64,000 nt of DNA from the human T2T-CHM13v2.0 reference genome, Homo sapiens, in the NCBI RefSeq assembly GCF_009914755.1, contig NC_060929.1; one strand, written 5' to 3'. Shown in pieces: positions 1 through 14,364 of the stretch. Under the pieces are notes generated by a model. The model searched no databases and was not told the DNA's origin. It saw only the letters and a list, made by a program, of their open reading frames with translations. The position numbers and the translations under genes were made by a program. Each line of letters starts with the position of its first letter. Within the stretch, counting starts at the first letter, position 1.

Positions 1-239
1 TTTAATTATAAGTAAAAATAAAATTCTATAAGCATCCTTTCAGATGATCCACAAATGACCTGCAAAGAAATATATATCTGTATGATGATACACTTTTCCT
101 CTGTGATACTAAGTTATAGAGAAAAAGAGAGAAATGGTTTTGAGGGGATAACAATAGAATACAATAATTCATATGTGAAAGCAACAGGAAAATACTCTCA
201 GGTACACATGTTAAATAAATGTACCATCCACACGTCTAT

Positions 240-720
240 CTTTAAAATAATACTTGAAGAAATAGCTTCAATTGGCAAAATGACTCATAAGTCAAGAACC
301 AGGATAACTTGTATAAAAGCATGGCAATTTCTTCTTCAATTCAAAGTCTCTGCCTTTAGGAAATAATTTTATATGCTATGATTTGTTATACAAAGATATT
401 AATTGAAGCATTATTTCTTTTAGTTAAATGTTATAAACAAGCAAACTGACCAATATTTTCAAAATGTCCAAATGACAGATTATTCTTCAGTCATTGAAAG
501 TAATATTGAGGAAAAAATTTAAGTATGTGAAAAAACACAAGAAAAAGTTAAATGAAGAAAACATGATAGAAGTTTGTTATGCAAAATAATATTTATTATG
601 TAAAAACACAAAAGAAAATAGATCAGAAGAAAATATATTTGATGTCAACTATGGTGCCTCTAAATAGGAGGATTAGGATTGAGCTTTATGCTTTAATGCA
701 GGTTCAAAAGTTTCTAGGAA
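240..720 (+). mobile_element. Highly diverged old L1 (L1M-type) 3' fragment
   Basis: AT-rich; 'ttatacaaagatattaattgaagcattatttctttt' resembles the L1M ORF2-end motif (tgtacaaagatgttcattgcagcattattt). Boundaries approximate. Confidence 0.45.
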
Positions 721-1174
721 AACCTTGAAGATAGGGATGGAGAAAGCAGAAAGAATCAAACTTTTAGAACTAGAAAAGACTTTAGAGATTGTCTAGTATT
801 GTGGCTCCCAACCATGAAGCCATTTCTGGAAGTCTTTAAGCAATGTTTAGTGTTTCAAATAATAACAAGAAGGTACATTTATTACACATTCACTGCAAGC
901 TAGTCACTATGATAACTCCTTTACATATACTCCCTCCAAGTTTAAGAAGAGTCATTCAGGTATTCATCAAAAGGTCTAGAAACCATATTTCAGGTCTTCT
1001 AATAACTGGTCCAATAGCCTTTCTAACACCCCACAATTCGCATGACTCTAGGTCTAGAGTGTTCTCATAGTGTTAATTGTTGGGACATTTGGTTTTCACT
1101 GGAGTAGATCATACTTTATTCTCAGGAGGAGAATATTTGGAATATTTTTGCAGAAGCACTTATAATGCAAATCT

Positions 1175-1365
1175 CTTGGAGCCTGATGGAATTGGCTTTC
1201 AAATATGACTCAACAACTTAAAAGCTGGATGGTTTTAGGCAAGTCAATTAACCTTTCTGAATCTCTATATCCTCACAGAAGTGTTGTAAGAATTTAATTA
1301 GATGACACATATGGAGTGCCTGGCACATTGCCTAGCATGTAAGCCTCCATTGTAACTATTGATTA
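1175..1365 (+). mobile_element. MIR SINE fragment
   Basis: Core-like 'ttaggcaagtcaattaacctttctgaatctc' and 3' 'gtgcctggcacat'. Confidence 0.6.
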
Positions 1366-2192
1366 TCACCACCCTTTCACAGAGTCTTCAATATCTGCAC
1401 TGATGATCCCATTTGACACTCTGACCTTGTAATCTGAAATGGGGAACACTCTATGTCCCATTTTCAAACATAATGGAGCAGCTTTCAATTGCCCTATAAC
1501 TTGCTCCGAGTGCCCTCTTCTATTACGCTGTTTAATTGAACACTAAGTACTGCAGTTCCTCTTGGCAAGGGTTCTAAGGAGCTTCCTGCTTACTTGCAAA
1601 TCTGCCTCTGACGCGGCCTATTTTCTTTGCCTCTCACAATGCCAATGGTAGCCTCTGTGGAGACCTCAAGCAAGGCTGGCTAAGCCACAGGTAGCAGGCA
1701 GCAGGCAACTTTCTCACATGAAGTAACTCCAGTGCCAGCCTGGCATGAATGTGGGCATTTCTGCTTTACTTACTCCTTTGGTCTAAGTCATGCAACAGAC
1801 CCAGACCTACTGATGAAAGAAGTAAGTTACAAGACTGACATCTTCTTTCATCTGAATGGACAAGTTCCAGGAAAAAGGCAATGGAGGAAGGTTGGTTCAG
1901 AGACACATTTGGCTGCAAACTACCCCTCCAGTCCCCTCCTTTTCTCATCTTCTCACAGCCTGGCACAGACTATCACAATCCCAACAAGATTTCGCCCACT
2001 CTGCCCTCCCTTCTGGAACATTTTCCCATCCCCTTTGCAGTTCTTTACATTCTAACTACCCTGTAGACTTCAGTTTCGATCCCATTTTGCCCAAGAAGCA
2101 TTCTCTTACTGCCCCAGCCTACTCCATTCCCTACCTCCCCTCAATGCCTGTGGCACTAGGTTATCTCCCTTACTCAACTGTGTTTCATAATT

Positions 2193-2465
2193 AGGACTCT
2201 GGAGTCAGAAAAAATGATCCTGAACCTAGCCTCTTCCTCTCATTAATCTTGAGAAAGTGAATTAAGAAAGTGAAAGTGATCTTGTGAGAAAAGTAATCTT
2301 GAGAAAGTGACTAATCTTTTTAAAGTAAGACTTCTCATTTGTAAATAGACAAGCTAATAATATATTTCTCATAGGAATGTTATGAAGATCAAATAAAATA
2401 ATCCATAAAGAAGACTTAGAAAAGTTTCTTGTACATAGTTAACTATTTAATGAACATTTTCTAAG
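2193..2465 (+). mobile_element. MIR SINE with internal local duplication
   Basis: 'ggactctggagtcaga...ttctcatttgtaaatag...gttatgaagatcaaataa...gtacatagt' follows MIR consensus order. Confidence 0.7.
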
Positions 2466-3989
2466 TTACTTAATTTTTTTTACTCTAAGTCCTATAGGGC
2501 AAGATTAATCATCTCTCAATCCATCCATTCTTTCATCCATGCACCCATCCAAGCATTTAACACCTGGAATCCCATAGATATATTAAACCCAGTCTTTGCC
2601 CTCAAAGAGCTGGCAGTCTTGCCAGAGAGACAGAAATGCAAACAGGTTTATTATGACATGATATATTTGAAAGGCTTAGGGCCCACCAATTGGAACTTGT
2701 CAATCTTCCCCAATAATGGGACAGCTAAGACAGACCACTCTCATTTGCCTGCAGTGTCCAACATCCTCATTGCTCTTGGGTCCTCACTGAAGCCTTTTGG
2801 TTCCAGAGAAAAAGCTGAAGGCTATGGCTACACAGGGGTCTAGAGGGACTTGTGCTATGTCCTGATTTCAATACCAGAGCAAGCTCCCTTTTGCTATATA
2901 GGAAATGGAAAACAACTTTTTAGCACAAGCTGCTGAAGCTTCTAGGACTCTTGCCAGGATTTTAGTTCATCCAAATCAATTATTCTAAGATCAAGGTCAG
3001 TGGACCAGCCCTGGACGTGATTCGGGAGTCAGACAGCAAAAGTTGCAGGTCATCTGATGCCTTGTCAACACCTTCCACCCAGCAAGTCAGTCTGAACCAT
3101 CACCAACAATGAGAAAGTCTTGTCATTGGAAGATTTTCAGAGAAGTGGTTCCACAGGTGCCCTTTCCAATATGAGATTAATCATAAAATCTCTGAATCAT
3201 CCTACAAAGCTGCAGGAGCACACGAATATAGAAATAGTGTCCAATTAGCTCAGGGGATTATAATAGCCTGTGAGCACAGCCTTAGTCAGGGCTGTGATTC
3301 CCATGTAAGCCAGCTGGCCTTTCTCTGATGCCAGCAGACTTAATGCTGATAGGATAACATGTGGCCTTCAAAAACCAAGGCAGAGTGTAGGCAGCTCTGC
3401 ACCGTCCCCACGACCAAAAGTTATACCCTGAATTGTTGACATGCCTTTGCATATAACGTTCTTTCCAATTGGCATCATTTGCCTACCTGGCAGATCTCAG
3501 CTGTTCCACACAGACATTGCCTGTGTCTTCTCGGTTCTGTGAAATTCTCCTAATAGGCAATCAGTTATCTGATGCTTCCAAGGGTTCTATTCAATAGATA
3601 TTTACGCGGTTCTCTTTTTAATTAGATGTGTACATGTCACTATATTTCTTTACTTTTATGCATGTCTGTATTTTCTGTTAGACTTGAACGACCCAAGGAC
3701 AAGGGCATGTCTTCTCTATTCCAATGCTCAGCACACAGTTGGTAGCAGAAGATAAGCATAGATAGGATCAGATAAATAAATAAGAAAGTCAGAATTCCAT
3801 CCACACTAGTGGAGAAGGCATAGCGTTGCCATCAGCAAAGAGCTAAAAGAAATGGAATAGGTTCCAGTGGTCTCTTGGCTCAGGAAAACGGGAAGCTTCT
3901 GAGCTGGGATGGGAAAGATATCAACTCAGCCCCTTGTTGGCTGTTTTCCCAGAGTTTAGCAACTCTTTTATCTTCCAAACACTTGGCTT

Positions 3990-4376
3990 TGCTTTTTTTC
4001 TAATTATTTGACTACCTTTTCTATTATCTATTTTCTTAAGGTTATTAACATCTTTTGTATCTGTGTGGTGCACCATCACATACCGTTTTCATTACACAGA
4101 TACAATAGATGTCAATAATCCTAAGAATATTAGCTAAAATGCAGTCAAATAATTAGGAAGTGATAAGCTTTGAGTTCACATTACCTTTAAAAATATAATT
4201 TGTTTCATATTTAATTATATATTTATTTAATTATATACTTATATGATCTAGTTAATTGTAACTTTATATAATTTAATTTGTAACATCACTGTGTTTAACA
4301 CTCAGCTTGGTGAATTCCTAAAAATAGAACAGTGAGCACTGTGAGCAGGCATGAGTCAGCTCCAGCAGCCCATTGT
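3990..4376 (-). mobile_element. MER63-like hAT DNA transposon fossil
   Basis: 'tgtttaacactcagcttggtgaattcctaaaaat...gagtcagctccagcagcccattg' matches the reverse complement of the MER63 terminus as I recall it. Left boundary uncertain. Confidence 0.55.
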
Positions 4377-4572
4377 CAGGATGACTAACCCAGATCATTT
4401 TCCCTAACCATCTTTCCAGGACTCTGCACACCAGTGGGGATGCTTTACAGGAGAAGCCACACGCTCAGTACTGGAGACTTGAGCTTCAAACTTGTCCAGA
4501 CATAAGCAAAAGCAAAGCAGTCTGGCCGGCAGGAGAACTGCCACTCTGCCCATCAGAAAGACTGGGGACTAT

Positions 4573-6127
4573 CACCATCATTCTTCACAGAATTGAAAGA
4601 ACAATTCTAAAATTCATATAGAACCAAAAAAGAGCCTGCATAGCCAAAGCAAGACTAAGCAGAAAGAACAAATCTGGAGGCATCACACTACCTGATTTCA
4701 AACCATACTATAAGGCCATCATCACCAAAACAGCATGATAGTGGTGTAAAAATAGGCACATAGACCAATAGAACAGAATAGAGAACCCAGAAATAAACTC
4801 AAGTACTGACAGCCAACTGATCTTCAACAAAGCAAACAAAAACATAAAGTGTGGAAAGGACACTCTTTTCAACAAATAGTGCTGGGATAATTGGCAAGTC
4901 ACATGTACGAGAATGAAACTGGACCCTCATCTCTTGCCTTAAACAAAAATCAACTCAAGATGAATTAAAGACTTAAATCTAATACCTGAAACTATAAAAA
5001 TTCTAGAAGATAACATTGGAAAAACCCTTCTAGACATTGGCTTAGGCAAGGGTTTCATGACCAAGAACCCAAAGCAAATGCAATAAAAACAAAGATAAAT
5101 AGCTGAGACATAATTAAACTAAAGAGCTTTTTTATGGCAAAAGGAACAGTCAGCAGAGTAAACAGACAACCCAAAGACTGGGAAAAAATCTTCACAGTCT
5201 ATACATCTGACAAAGGACTACTATCCAGAAGCCACAACGAACTCAAATCAGTAAGAAAAAAATAAATAACCCCATGAAAAAGCGGCCTACAGACATGAAT
5301 AGACAATTCTTAAAAGAAGGCATACAAATGGCCAACAAACATGAAAAAATGTTCAATATCACTAATGATCAGGGAATGCAAATCAAAACCACAATGTGAT
5401 ACCACCTTATTCCTGCAAGAATGGGCCTAATCAAAAAATTTAAAAAAAAAACAGTAGATGTTGGTGTGGATGCAGTGAACAGGGAACACTTCTACACTGT
5501 TGGTGGGAGTGTAAACTAGTATAGCCACTATGGAAAACAGTGTGGAGATTCCTTAAAGAACTAAAAGTAGAACTACCATTTGGTCCAGCAATCCCACTAC
5601 TGGGTATCTACCCATAGGAAAAGAAGTCATTATTCAAAAAATATACTTGCACACACATGTTTATAGCGGCACAATTCACAATAGCAAAATAGTGGAACCA
5701 ACGCAAATGCCCATCAATCAACAAGTGAATAAAGAAACTATGGTATATATTTACGATAGAATACTACACAGCCATAAAAAGGAATGAATTAACAGCATTT
5801 TCAGTGACCTGGATGAGACTGGAGACTATTATTCTAAGAGAAGTAACTCAGAAATGGAAAACCAAACATTGTATGTTCTCACTGATATGTGGGAGCTAAG
5901 CTCTGAGGAAGTAAAGACACAAGAATGACACAATGGACTTTGGGGACTTGGGAGGAAGAGTGGGAGGGGAGTGAGGAATAAAAGACTACAAATATGGTGC
6001 AGTGTATACTGCTCGGGTGAAGGGTACACCAAAATCTCACAAATCCCCACTAAAGAACTTCCTCATGTGACCAAATATCACCTGTACCCCAATAACTTAT
6101 GGAAAAATTTAAAAAAATAAAATAAAA
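4573..6127 (+). mobile_element. 5'-truncated L1PB-type LINE (ORF2 3' part, 3'UTR, A-tail)
   Basis: L1 ORF2 3' sequence and L1PB-type 3'UTR ('aaaagactacaaat...accaaaatctcacaaatccccactaaagaactt'). Perfect 18-bp TSD AGAAAGACTGGGGACTAT at 4555-4572 and 6128-6145. Confidence 0.93.
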
Positions 6128-6214
6128 AGAAAGACTGGGGACTATGAAGTCTACAAAGCAGGCCCATGCTCTCACCATTTGTTACAGATTAAGTCCTCTG
6201 ACAAAGTAGTCCTT

Positions 6215-6640
6215 TGTCAGATGTGGGGGACTCTGTCATGGAGATATGTGTTTATTAGAGAATGTTATTGGGAACAACTGTGAGGGAGTGAAGGCAGCAG
6301 GACTGAGCAGGGGGAGATGTTAAACTGAGATGTACCTGAAAAGAGGACCCCAGCTGATCCCAGGGGAGCTCCAAAGCTGAAAGATTTTCCAGAATCATCA
6401 CACATGGAGGCAAAGAGGCTGGGCCTTTGTGTGCCCACATCACTCAGTCGCTGAGTGTGATGTAGCATCGATCCCTGAGGAGATGTAACACTGGACAAGG
6501 AAACCCCTTCTTCCCAGGGCAATGCCTAAGGACAGACTCAGCTGTGAGCCACCTAGAAGTTGAGGCAGCTGGGAAATAAATGCCTTGGTGCTGCAAGGGG
6601 GTTGGGGGTGTCTGTCCTACACACACAACATCTCTTACAC
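6215..6640 (-). mobile_element. ERVL-class solo LTR (LTR16-like)
   Basis: 'cagctgatcccaggggagctcc', 'gctgggcctttgt' and 'gactcagctgtgagcc' match the LTR16 family as recalled. Confidence 0.6.
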
Positions 6641-6644
6641 CTGA

Positions 6645-6806
6645 GAGGGTCCTGGATCAGCATCAGCTGGGAACTTGTTAGAAATGAATATGTTTAAGTC
6701 TTACCCAGGCCTCCTCCATCAGAAACTCTGGAGATGGGACCCAGCAATCTGTTTTGACAGGCTGCCCAGGTGACTCTGATGTATGTTGAAGTTTGAGAAT
6801 AACTGC
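6645..6806. mobile_element. MER5A-like hAT-Charlie MITE
   Basis: 'catcagctgggaacttgttagaaatg...agaaactctgg...aggtgactctgatg...gtttgagaataactg'. Confidence 0.75.
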
Positions 6807-6813
6807 CTCATAC

Positions 6814-7287
6814 CAGCAGTTCTCAGATTCTGTGGTCCCAGAACCACTTATCCTCTTCAAACTTACCGGGGATCTCTAAGAATTTTTGTTTATGTGGGTA
6901 ATAGTTATATTTACCACATTATAAATGAAAGTTTAGAAATTTAAAAAATATTTTATTAATTTATTTAAGATAAGCTCATCTTTTTTATGAAAAATAACTA
7001 GATTTTCCAAATTAGGAAAAAAGTTAGTAAGAAAAATAGCATTGTTTCACAGTTTTGCAAACCTCTTCAATATCTAGCTTAATAGAAGTGAGCTGGATTC
7101 TCATAACTACTTTTATATTCAATCTGTTTTAACATATGTCATATATATAGCTCATGGAAAACTCCACTGTACACTTGCAAGAAAATGAAAAAGAAAAAGG
7201 CAGATAACAACTTAGCATTATTATAAAAATAGTTTGACCTCATGGACCCTGAAAGGGTCCCAGGGACCCCCACTTTGAGAAAAGCTG
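6814..7287. mobile_element. Charlie4a-like hAT DNA transposon
   Basis: Terminal inverted repeats CAGCAGTTCTCA...TGAGAAAAGCTG; internal 'ttttgtttatgtgggt' and 'catggaccctgaaagggtcc'. Confidence 0.65.
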
Positions 7288-8090
7288 GCCCTAGCTTCGA
7301 TAATGAAGCAAGAGGCCCAGGCTTTTAGGTCAGATATTGCTAGTTACTCATTTGTGGTTTGGGATTATGTCTTGGAACTTGTGAACGTTACATTTGGGAG
7401 ATTGATTATGTTTTATCCGGTCATATCCTGAAGAGTACTTCCTCCCTATCCCCAGAAGATAATGCAATTGATTAAACTCAGACTACAAGCTTTGTCTGTT
7501 TGGCAGCGGCCCTAAGCTTTCCTGGAGTCTCTTCTGGGAGCACATGCTGCAGGGCTCATGCAGACTTGGCAGAGCTTATACGCAAAATCTGGGGCCCTCT
7601 TTCTCTGGTTCTCTCCATTCAGGGATTGCTCCCTTACTTTTGGGTATGTGTGGTGACCTTAAACTCAGACATCTAGTTTTTTGAATTGGAAAGAATATGG
7701 AGTTTGTAGCAGACTTTTAGCCACCCTACAGAATGCAGATTTCAGTTTGCTCTAGAGTCAAAAACCCCATACAAACCGCAGTCTCACACCACACCATTCC
7801 TTTGTTCTGAGTGTCATCCCCGCTCCAGAATCTGCCTGATGGTGTTCACTCTCCAGTCTCCTGTGCCTGCAGATCGTCGGTTTTGGATGCTTTGTCCAGT
7901 TTAGTTATCTGCAGGAGGATCAGACGGTCATGAGCTCCTCAGCCATAGAGCAAAGGAAGGGCCACAGGTCCTTAGGAAGCCCCATGCTTCCCTCCTGCTC
8001 ACTCCTCCCGAGAAGGAAGAATGCTAACATGGATTCTAGGCCTCTGTGAGTAGAATCACTATGAGTTAAAGGGTTGGCACACAGCGCAAT

Positions 8091-8680
<590 letters not shown>

Positions 8681-9719
8681 ATTTTACATCTTCCCTTTTG
8701 GTGGCAGAGAGGGAAGCAGACCTATCCAGACAACATCTTTTTCTCTCTGGGTGTCCTCTATTTCTCCTGCTAGATGGGCTAGCCCAGGACATCTGCCTCC
8801 CCTGAGGTCCAGGACAGCTCTGAGCTAAGTACTGGAACCCAAGCCCTTTCTTCTGCTACCACTTCTCTCTGGTTACATTCCTCCTGCAGCGGATGGGTTT
8901 GCATTGGATCAATCCTCGGTCTGAAGTTCATTAGGCCTAACTAGCTTAAGAAAAACGTGTTTACCAGTTTACTAGAGTTCTCTGCTTTGGGGATGGAGGG
9001 AAACACCACAGCTGATAACATATTGTTTTATTTGTTATATTTTATTTTTTCCAGGCATTTTCCCATATTCCTCGCTCCCTCTGGGGCCTCAAAGAAAGGG
9101 AGGGTAGAAAGGGCAGGATTAAGGACTTCCAAGTGCTTAGCAAAAATAGTATCTAAGAGTACAGCGAACACACTATTAGTGCCAGCTGGGGACACCATTA
9201 AAACTTGTCAGGCATGTGCCTTCTCTCAGGCCAGACCCCAGAATCACAGGATCTATTTGAATGACTGAGGCACAGACTCCAGAGTTTTTTCCCACACACT
9301 CTAGAGAAACCTAGATATGGGAGACCTATGTATTAAAGAGAAAGCATGCAGAATCTGAAGCCCACCCCAGCCACATGCCTTCCAGGTTATCTGCCAGGTC
9401 GTGGGCAGAGTTCTGGTCTAATGCCTGACATACTATGGTGTGGTCAACCCCTTCCACATCTGCCTCCCCTGCTAGACTAGAGACCCTTAGGCATCTCTGA
9501 GCTCATCTCTGTTTCCTTCTACCCTTGCAGGCTCTTGGTACACATTGTCTATTCCTGTTCTCAGGTTAACACGTCCAGAAGCCAGATCAATTTGTTCTAC
9601 TTTAAATCTTTGGCCATGTAACCCAAAGGGGTCTACAACATCATTCAGCATGAGTACTGCACACTTTTTTAACAAAGGCATGGATTGGGCTTAAAGAAGA
9701 AACTAGGGATGGTGCAGTA

Positions 9720-10030
9720 CTCCAGTACTACAAATGGATGTGATGTTAGTGGAACCCAGAGAAAGAGCTCTATGGAGAGTGCCACCTGATGGAAACTGTA
9801 GCCTGGGTTCAAGGCACACAGCCAACCCGGAGAACTCAGTAGAGAGGGAGGCAAGGACATAAACACCAGCATAACTCTCCTTTTGTCATCTGGTCTCCTG
9901 CAGGTGACTTCCATTGGCTGACCTCAAACAGAAGCCAGCAGGCAAGGGGGCCCATTGAAGCAACACACAGAGATCAAGTTCCTAGGCACAGAACAGAGTG
10001 GAAGGTAGGCAGGGAACAATCTACACCAGC
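9720..10030. mobile_element. ERVL-class LTR fragment (LTR33-like)
   Basis: 'ccattggctgacctcaaacagaagccagcaggcaagggggccc...ggcacagaacagagtgga' resembles LTR33. Confidence 0.55.
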
Positions 10031-10139
10031 AGAGAGAAGCTGATCAAGGGAAAAATCACCTAGCCCTACTTCCATTCCTACTAATTCAGGGAAAAGGAAC
10101 AGAGGGAAAGGAAAGTAGCCCTAATAGAATGAACTGATG

Positions 10140-10332
10140 TTTTTGGTTTACTCATACTTACCTGCTGTATGATCTTGAGCATACTATTGAATCTGTATGC
10201 ATCTCAGTTTTCACCTCTGAAAAATGATGGCAATAATACATAGTTTATGGGGATTTTATGAGACCGTTGTGGTAGACATAAAGCAGTAGGATGTGGTCTG
10301 GCACCCAGGAGGCTTCAATAAATGGCAAATAT
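10140..10332 (+). mobile_element. MIR SINE
   Basis: 'gctgtatgatcttgagca...tctcagttttcacctctgaaaaatg...ctggcacccaggaggcttcaataaatggc'. Confidence 0.7.
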
Positions 10333-10970
10333 CCTTGCCAGGCCAATCTTTCCTTATATACCCTTAATCATATCAGTAATCCCTCTCTCTTTTGCAGTTT
10401 CATTCTCTCCAAGGAATTCTTCCCTACTGTCAGCAAACATGTCTGGACATCCCTTTTCCTAATTCAACTTTAATTTAGTTCACAAAATTAAATGCAGTGG
10501 TTGGCATGTTTAGAGCACTGGAAACTCCTGGAGGGCCAAGCCCCTGGTGAGGAGGTAGCCTTGGACTGGCAGCAAGCCTTTCATGTTTGGTCAACCCAGG
10601 ACTAGGACCAGCTACTAAGTCAGCCTTTACAGCTTAGCCTACAGAAACTCAAGTGAGTATATTAGCAAAGGCAGTGCCAAAACTGGGCAGCCAGTCCACC
10701 CAGGTCTGGTTGTGTTGAGTCTTCTGTCAGAGACTGGTTAAAATACAAATCTGGAGAAGACTGCCCATGTTTGGATTTCATTGCATGCTCAGGGTTTATT
10801 GGCCTTTTCCAGTTGTGTCTTGAGTGTGAACAATCCTCAGGTCCTAGGAGCCAGGAGATGCCCCTTATTGGTGATGTTATAAGAAAGTCACAACATTTAA
10901 GCAGAAGTCAGACTACCATTAGGATTGGCAGCAGGTATAAAACACAAACTACCAATACCCAGATGCCCTT

Positions 10971-11385
10971 TGTATCAGTTTGCTAGGGCTACTGTAAGAG
11001 GATCACAGGCTGGGAGGCTTAAACACAAAAATTTATTATCTCGTAGTTCTAGAGCTAGAAGTCCAAAATCAAGACTTCAGCAGGGTTGGTTCTCCTTGTG
11101 GAGCTGTGAGGGAGAATCTGTTCCAGCCCAATCTCCTTGGCTTGTAGATAGCCATCTCTCCCTGTGTCTCTTCACATCATCTTCCCTCTATGCATGTCTC
11201 TGTATCCAGGTTTCCCTTTCTTATGATGACACCAATCATATTGGCTTAAATCCTAGCCTAGTTGACCTCGTTTAACTTGATTACCTCTGTAAAGACCCCA
11301 TCTTCAAGTAAGGTCACATCCTCAGATGCCAGAGATTAGGACTTCAACATTTGAACTTTAGGGGGATAAAATTCAACCCACAACA
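10971..11385 (-). mobile_element. MLT1 (MLT1B/C-like) MaLR solo LTR
   Basis: TG...CA ends; 'ggcttaaacacaaaaatttattatctcgtagttctagagctagaagtccaaaatcaag' and 'aggacttcaacatttgaact...attcaacccacaaca'. Confidence 0.85.
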
Positions 11386-12959
11386 CCTTCTTGATGGCTC
11401 TTATGTCAATAAAGTGTCATATAAGTAAATATATATAGAAGAGTCTCAAGTTGGCTATATTCCCATAATTATTTTTCTAATTACTTTTCTGCTAAAGCAA
11501 ACTTTTTTCCCATTCTCTCTTGTAATTTTTTGGATAGTACCTGGGTATGCCAAATGGATTAAAGAATTCACAGACAGTACTAGGCTATTGACCACACTGG
11601 CCTCTTCCCTTTGCACAAATTAGGGCAGGTCCCTGGATAGCCCTGAATGAACTAACTGGCAGAGAACTCAGAGTTTCACACTGAGCCTGTCTGTTTACTT
11701 GCATGTGCCTCTGCCTCTGTTACATCTTTTGATAATTCTGCCTGAGAGCCACTATTTGTCGTGTCAACGCAGACCATGAAAAGATGAAAACTGAGCTCTA
11801 CTAATCCTGACTTTTGTGCATCTTGTCCTATACCTTATGTCCAGAATCCCAGGGTATGCCTGGCACCTACCCTCAGGGCAACATAAAAAAAGGCTTTTCT
11901 CTCCAGGGCTTGAAATGTTCAGATTGATTCCACTGGCTCCAGGTTGCTGAGTCTACAGATGTTTTGCTGCAGAAAGCTAATGTTTTCCAGGGCTCAGAGA
12001 CAAAACCATATCAGAGGCAGGATAGAGACAATGGGCATTTGGCTTGCCACAACCAGCCTTTGAAGAGAACGATGTGCTAGGTGCTGGGCTAGGCACAGGG
12101 AAGATGGGTGAATAAGTCACAGCTCTCAAGGGACTTGCAGCCACTGTGAGACATTTATGGACAATGAGGCATTAAGGCTGAGGGGAGTCTGGAAAAGAGT
12201 TGGCCTGGGCTCATATGGTCCTGCTGGATTGGACTGTTTGTGTCCCACCTGAAGGATGGATATCACATATTCTTCTTGAAACTCAGTAACCCCAACTCTG
12301 GGATCCATTGTTGTTGGTTTCTTATATGATTTTCAGCTTAGTCCCTTAGGGTCAGACTGGTGATGTCATTCCTCCTGGAAGGATTGAAAACATATGCTGT
12401 CCATTATCCTGGGCAATAAATGATTTAGAAGGCAGGCTCTAGATCAGGGTAAGGCAAAAATATCCTCCTCTTCCAGGGTCCATCTGGCCTGATTCTGAGA
12501 CAAGGAGGTATCCTGGTATAAGAGTACCCTGCCACAAGGAAGCCACTCAGTAATGAATAAACAACATAGTGGGATGAACCTTGCCTGACTTTAATCCTAT
12601 TCCTCTGTATTACACTGTATTATACTTCTTTGTCATAAGTCTTGAAACTTTCAAAGTTAGAGCCTGACCCATGCCCTACTGCAGGTGGTGATGGGAAGGG
12701 TGGGTCTCTTTCTCAGGGGAAGTGGACAAGGCTAGAACAGTGTCCTCTGTGACCACATGGTGGCATCAACTGGGGAACCCATAGATGGGGCCATGTCCTG
12801 ACAGGAGAGCAGGTGAAGCATATGTCCCTGTGATTCAAGTTACACAAATAAACAGCCAATTGGAATTCAGCCTGATCAATCCTGTGTACTAGGTCAGCGC
12901 AGGTGCAGAGTAGAACACAAATGCAGCATAGCTGAAGGGTCAGGAGTGTAGGTGTGTGC

Positions 12960-13165
12960 CTGGGTAGTTAGCGGCTCAGAGTAGGGTTCTGGAACCCGAT
13001 AGCTGTGATTTGAGGGCTGTCAACACCACTTGCTGACTGTATGATTGTGGGTAGATTAGTTTTGCTAAGCCTCAGTTTCCTCATTTATAAAATGGAGATG
13101 ATTATAATACTTTGTAAAATTCTTGTAGGATTCAGTGTGATAATCTGTGTAAAGTCCTTAATCTG
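12960..13165 (+). mobile_element. MIR SINE
   Basis: Core 'ctaagcctcagtttcctcatttataaaatggagatg'. Confidence 0.8.
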
Positions 13166-13174
13166 TGTAAATCA

Positions 13175-13295
13175 CTCATTAATTAATTCATTCATAATTC
13201 AGCAGCATGCATAGATCACCTGTATTGCGCCAGGTCCTGTTCTAAGCACCAGGATACATCAGTGGGTAAAAGCAGACAAAAATCCTGCTTCCTAC
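13175..13295 (-). mobile_element. L2 3' end fragment
   Basis: 'ttcattcat...gcgccaggtcctgttctaagcaccaggatacatcagtg...agacaaaaatcctgc'. Confidence 0.65.
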
Positions 13296-14364
13296 TCCAT
13301 TACCCCATTCCACCACCACCACCAAATTTATATCCAACAGGTGTTTAGTGCAAGGCCTCAAAAAAATTAACAAGGCTTATTATCCCTCAGGTGGCATTTG
13401 GGAAAGGAATCAAAGGGTGAATGAGGAAATGATAATGCAGAAAAAGGTGAGAGAAAGGCTTTCAAGTCAGAACCTTGCACAAGTAAACATGCAGGCTGAC
13501 ATGAAAGCACACACAAATTGTGATTCAAGTGGCCATTTGGGAGGCTCTCCATGCCTCACTATGACCAGCCAAGCCAAGCCACCCCCTGGAGGTGCACAGC
13601 ACTGGGGTAACTTTGTAGCTCAGAAGTTCTATGTTGGAGCCCAGGGAATGCTGCTATGGGCCTGACTGTGCTCACATGGCCCCTAGGGAAAACACAGTTG
13701 CATCAGGGCTGAACTGGAGTGCATTCTACAACTGAGCGAGTCTGCCTTACTTTTGTAATTCTGGTAGCACAATAGAAACCTTCCTGTTATTTTACAGAAT
13801 CAAATAGGAAAAGCAATTAAAGAATGAGAAAATTATGCAGGATTTCAGCTTGAGAGAGCAAAGAAATTAGCAACTGCATTATTGAAATGGAAACGTGACC
13901 AGGAGATTTTGAAAGCAGTGATATCCATACTGAGACAGCCAGTCTGTAGAAGATTCTGGCATCACTGTAATTCAGCTAAAATAAAGGCTCCCACTGCCTT
14001 GGAAAATGTGTGGCATTCTATCCCTCTCATCTCAGAGCCTCCTGCCATCTGAGCGACTGGTGTGGATGTGGTATTTGCAGGGCTCATCTGCACAGAATCT
14101 CTATTTGTTTCTGGCTTAATAAGTTCTCCATGTGTCCTAAACCAACCACCACCTGTGGTCTGCGAGTGAGCCATTTGCAGTGTTTGCTGTGCAGGAACAT
14201 TTAATGGGATCCTAACACCTGCCTGGACCTCCGATAGAAAAGGCAAGTGACGGGACGTCAGCACTGCATCATTGCATTCTGGGAGCCAAACGCTGGCACT
14301 GTATATTATAGAGAGAAATTCACGGGGCGAGTCCTGTGACCTGTCCAGAGTGATAATTATGGAA

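Noticed and set aside
55-366. 103-aa ORF and the many other 60-140-aa ORFs outside L1/ANKRD49
   Set aside because: No recognisable domains; many use non-ATG starts and overlap repeats; lengths are as expected by chance.
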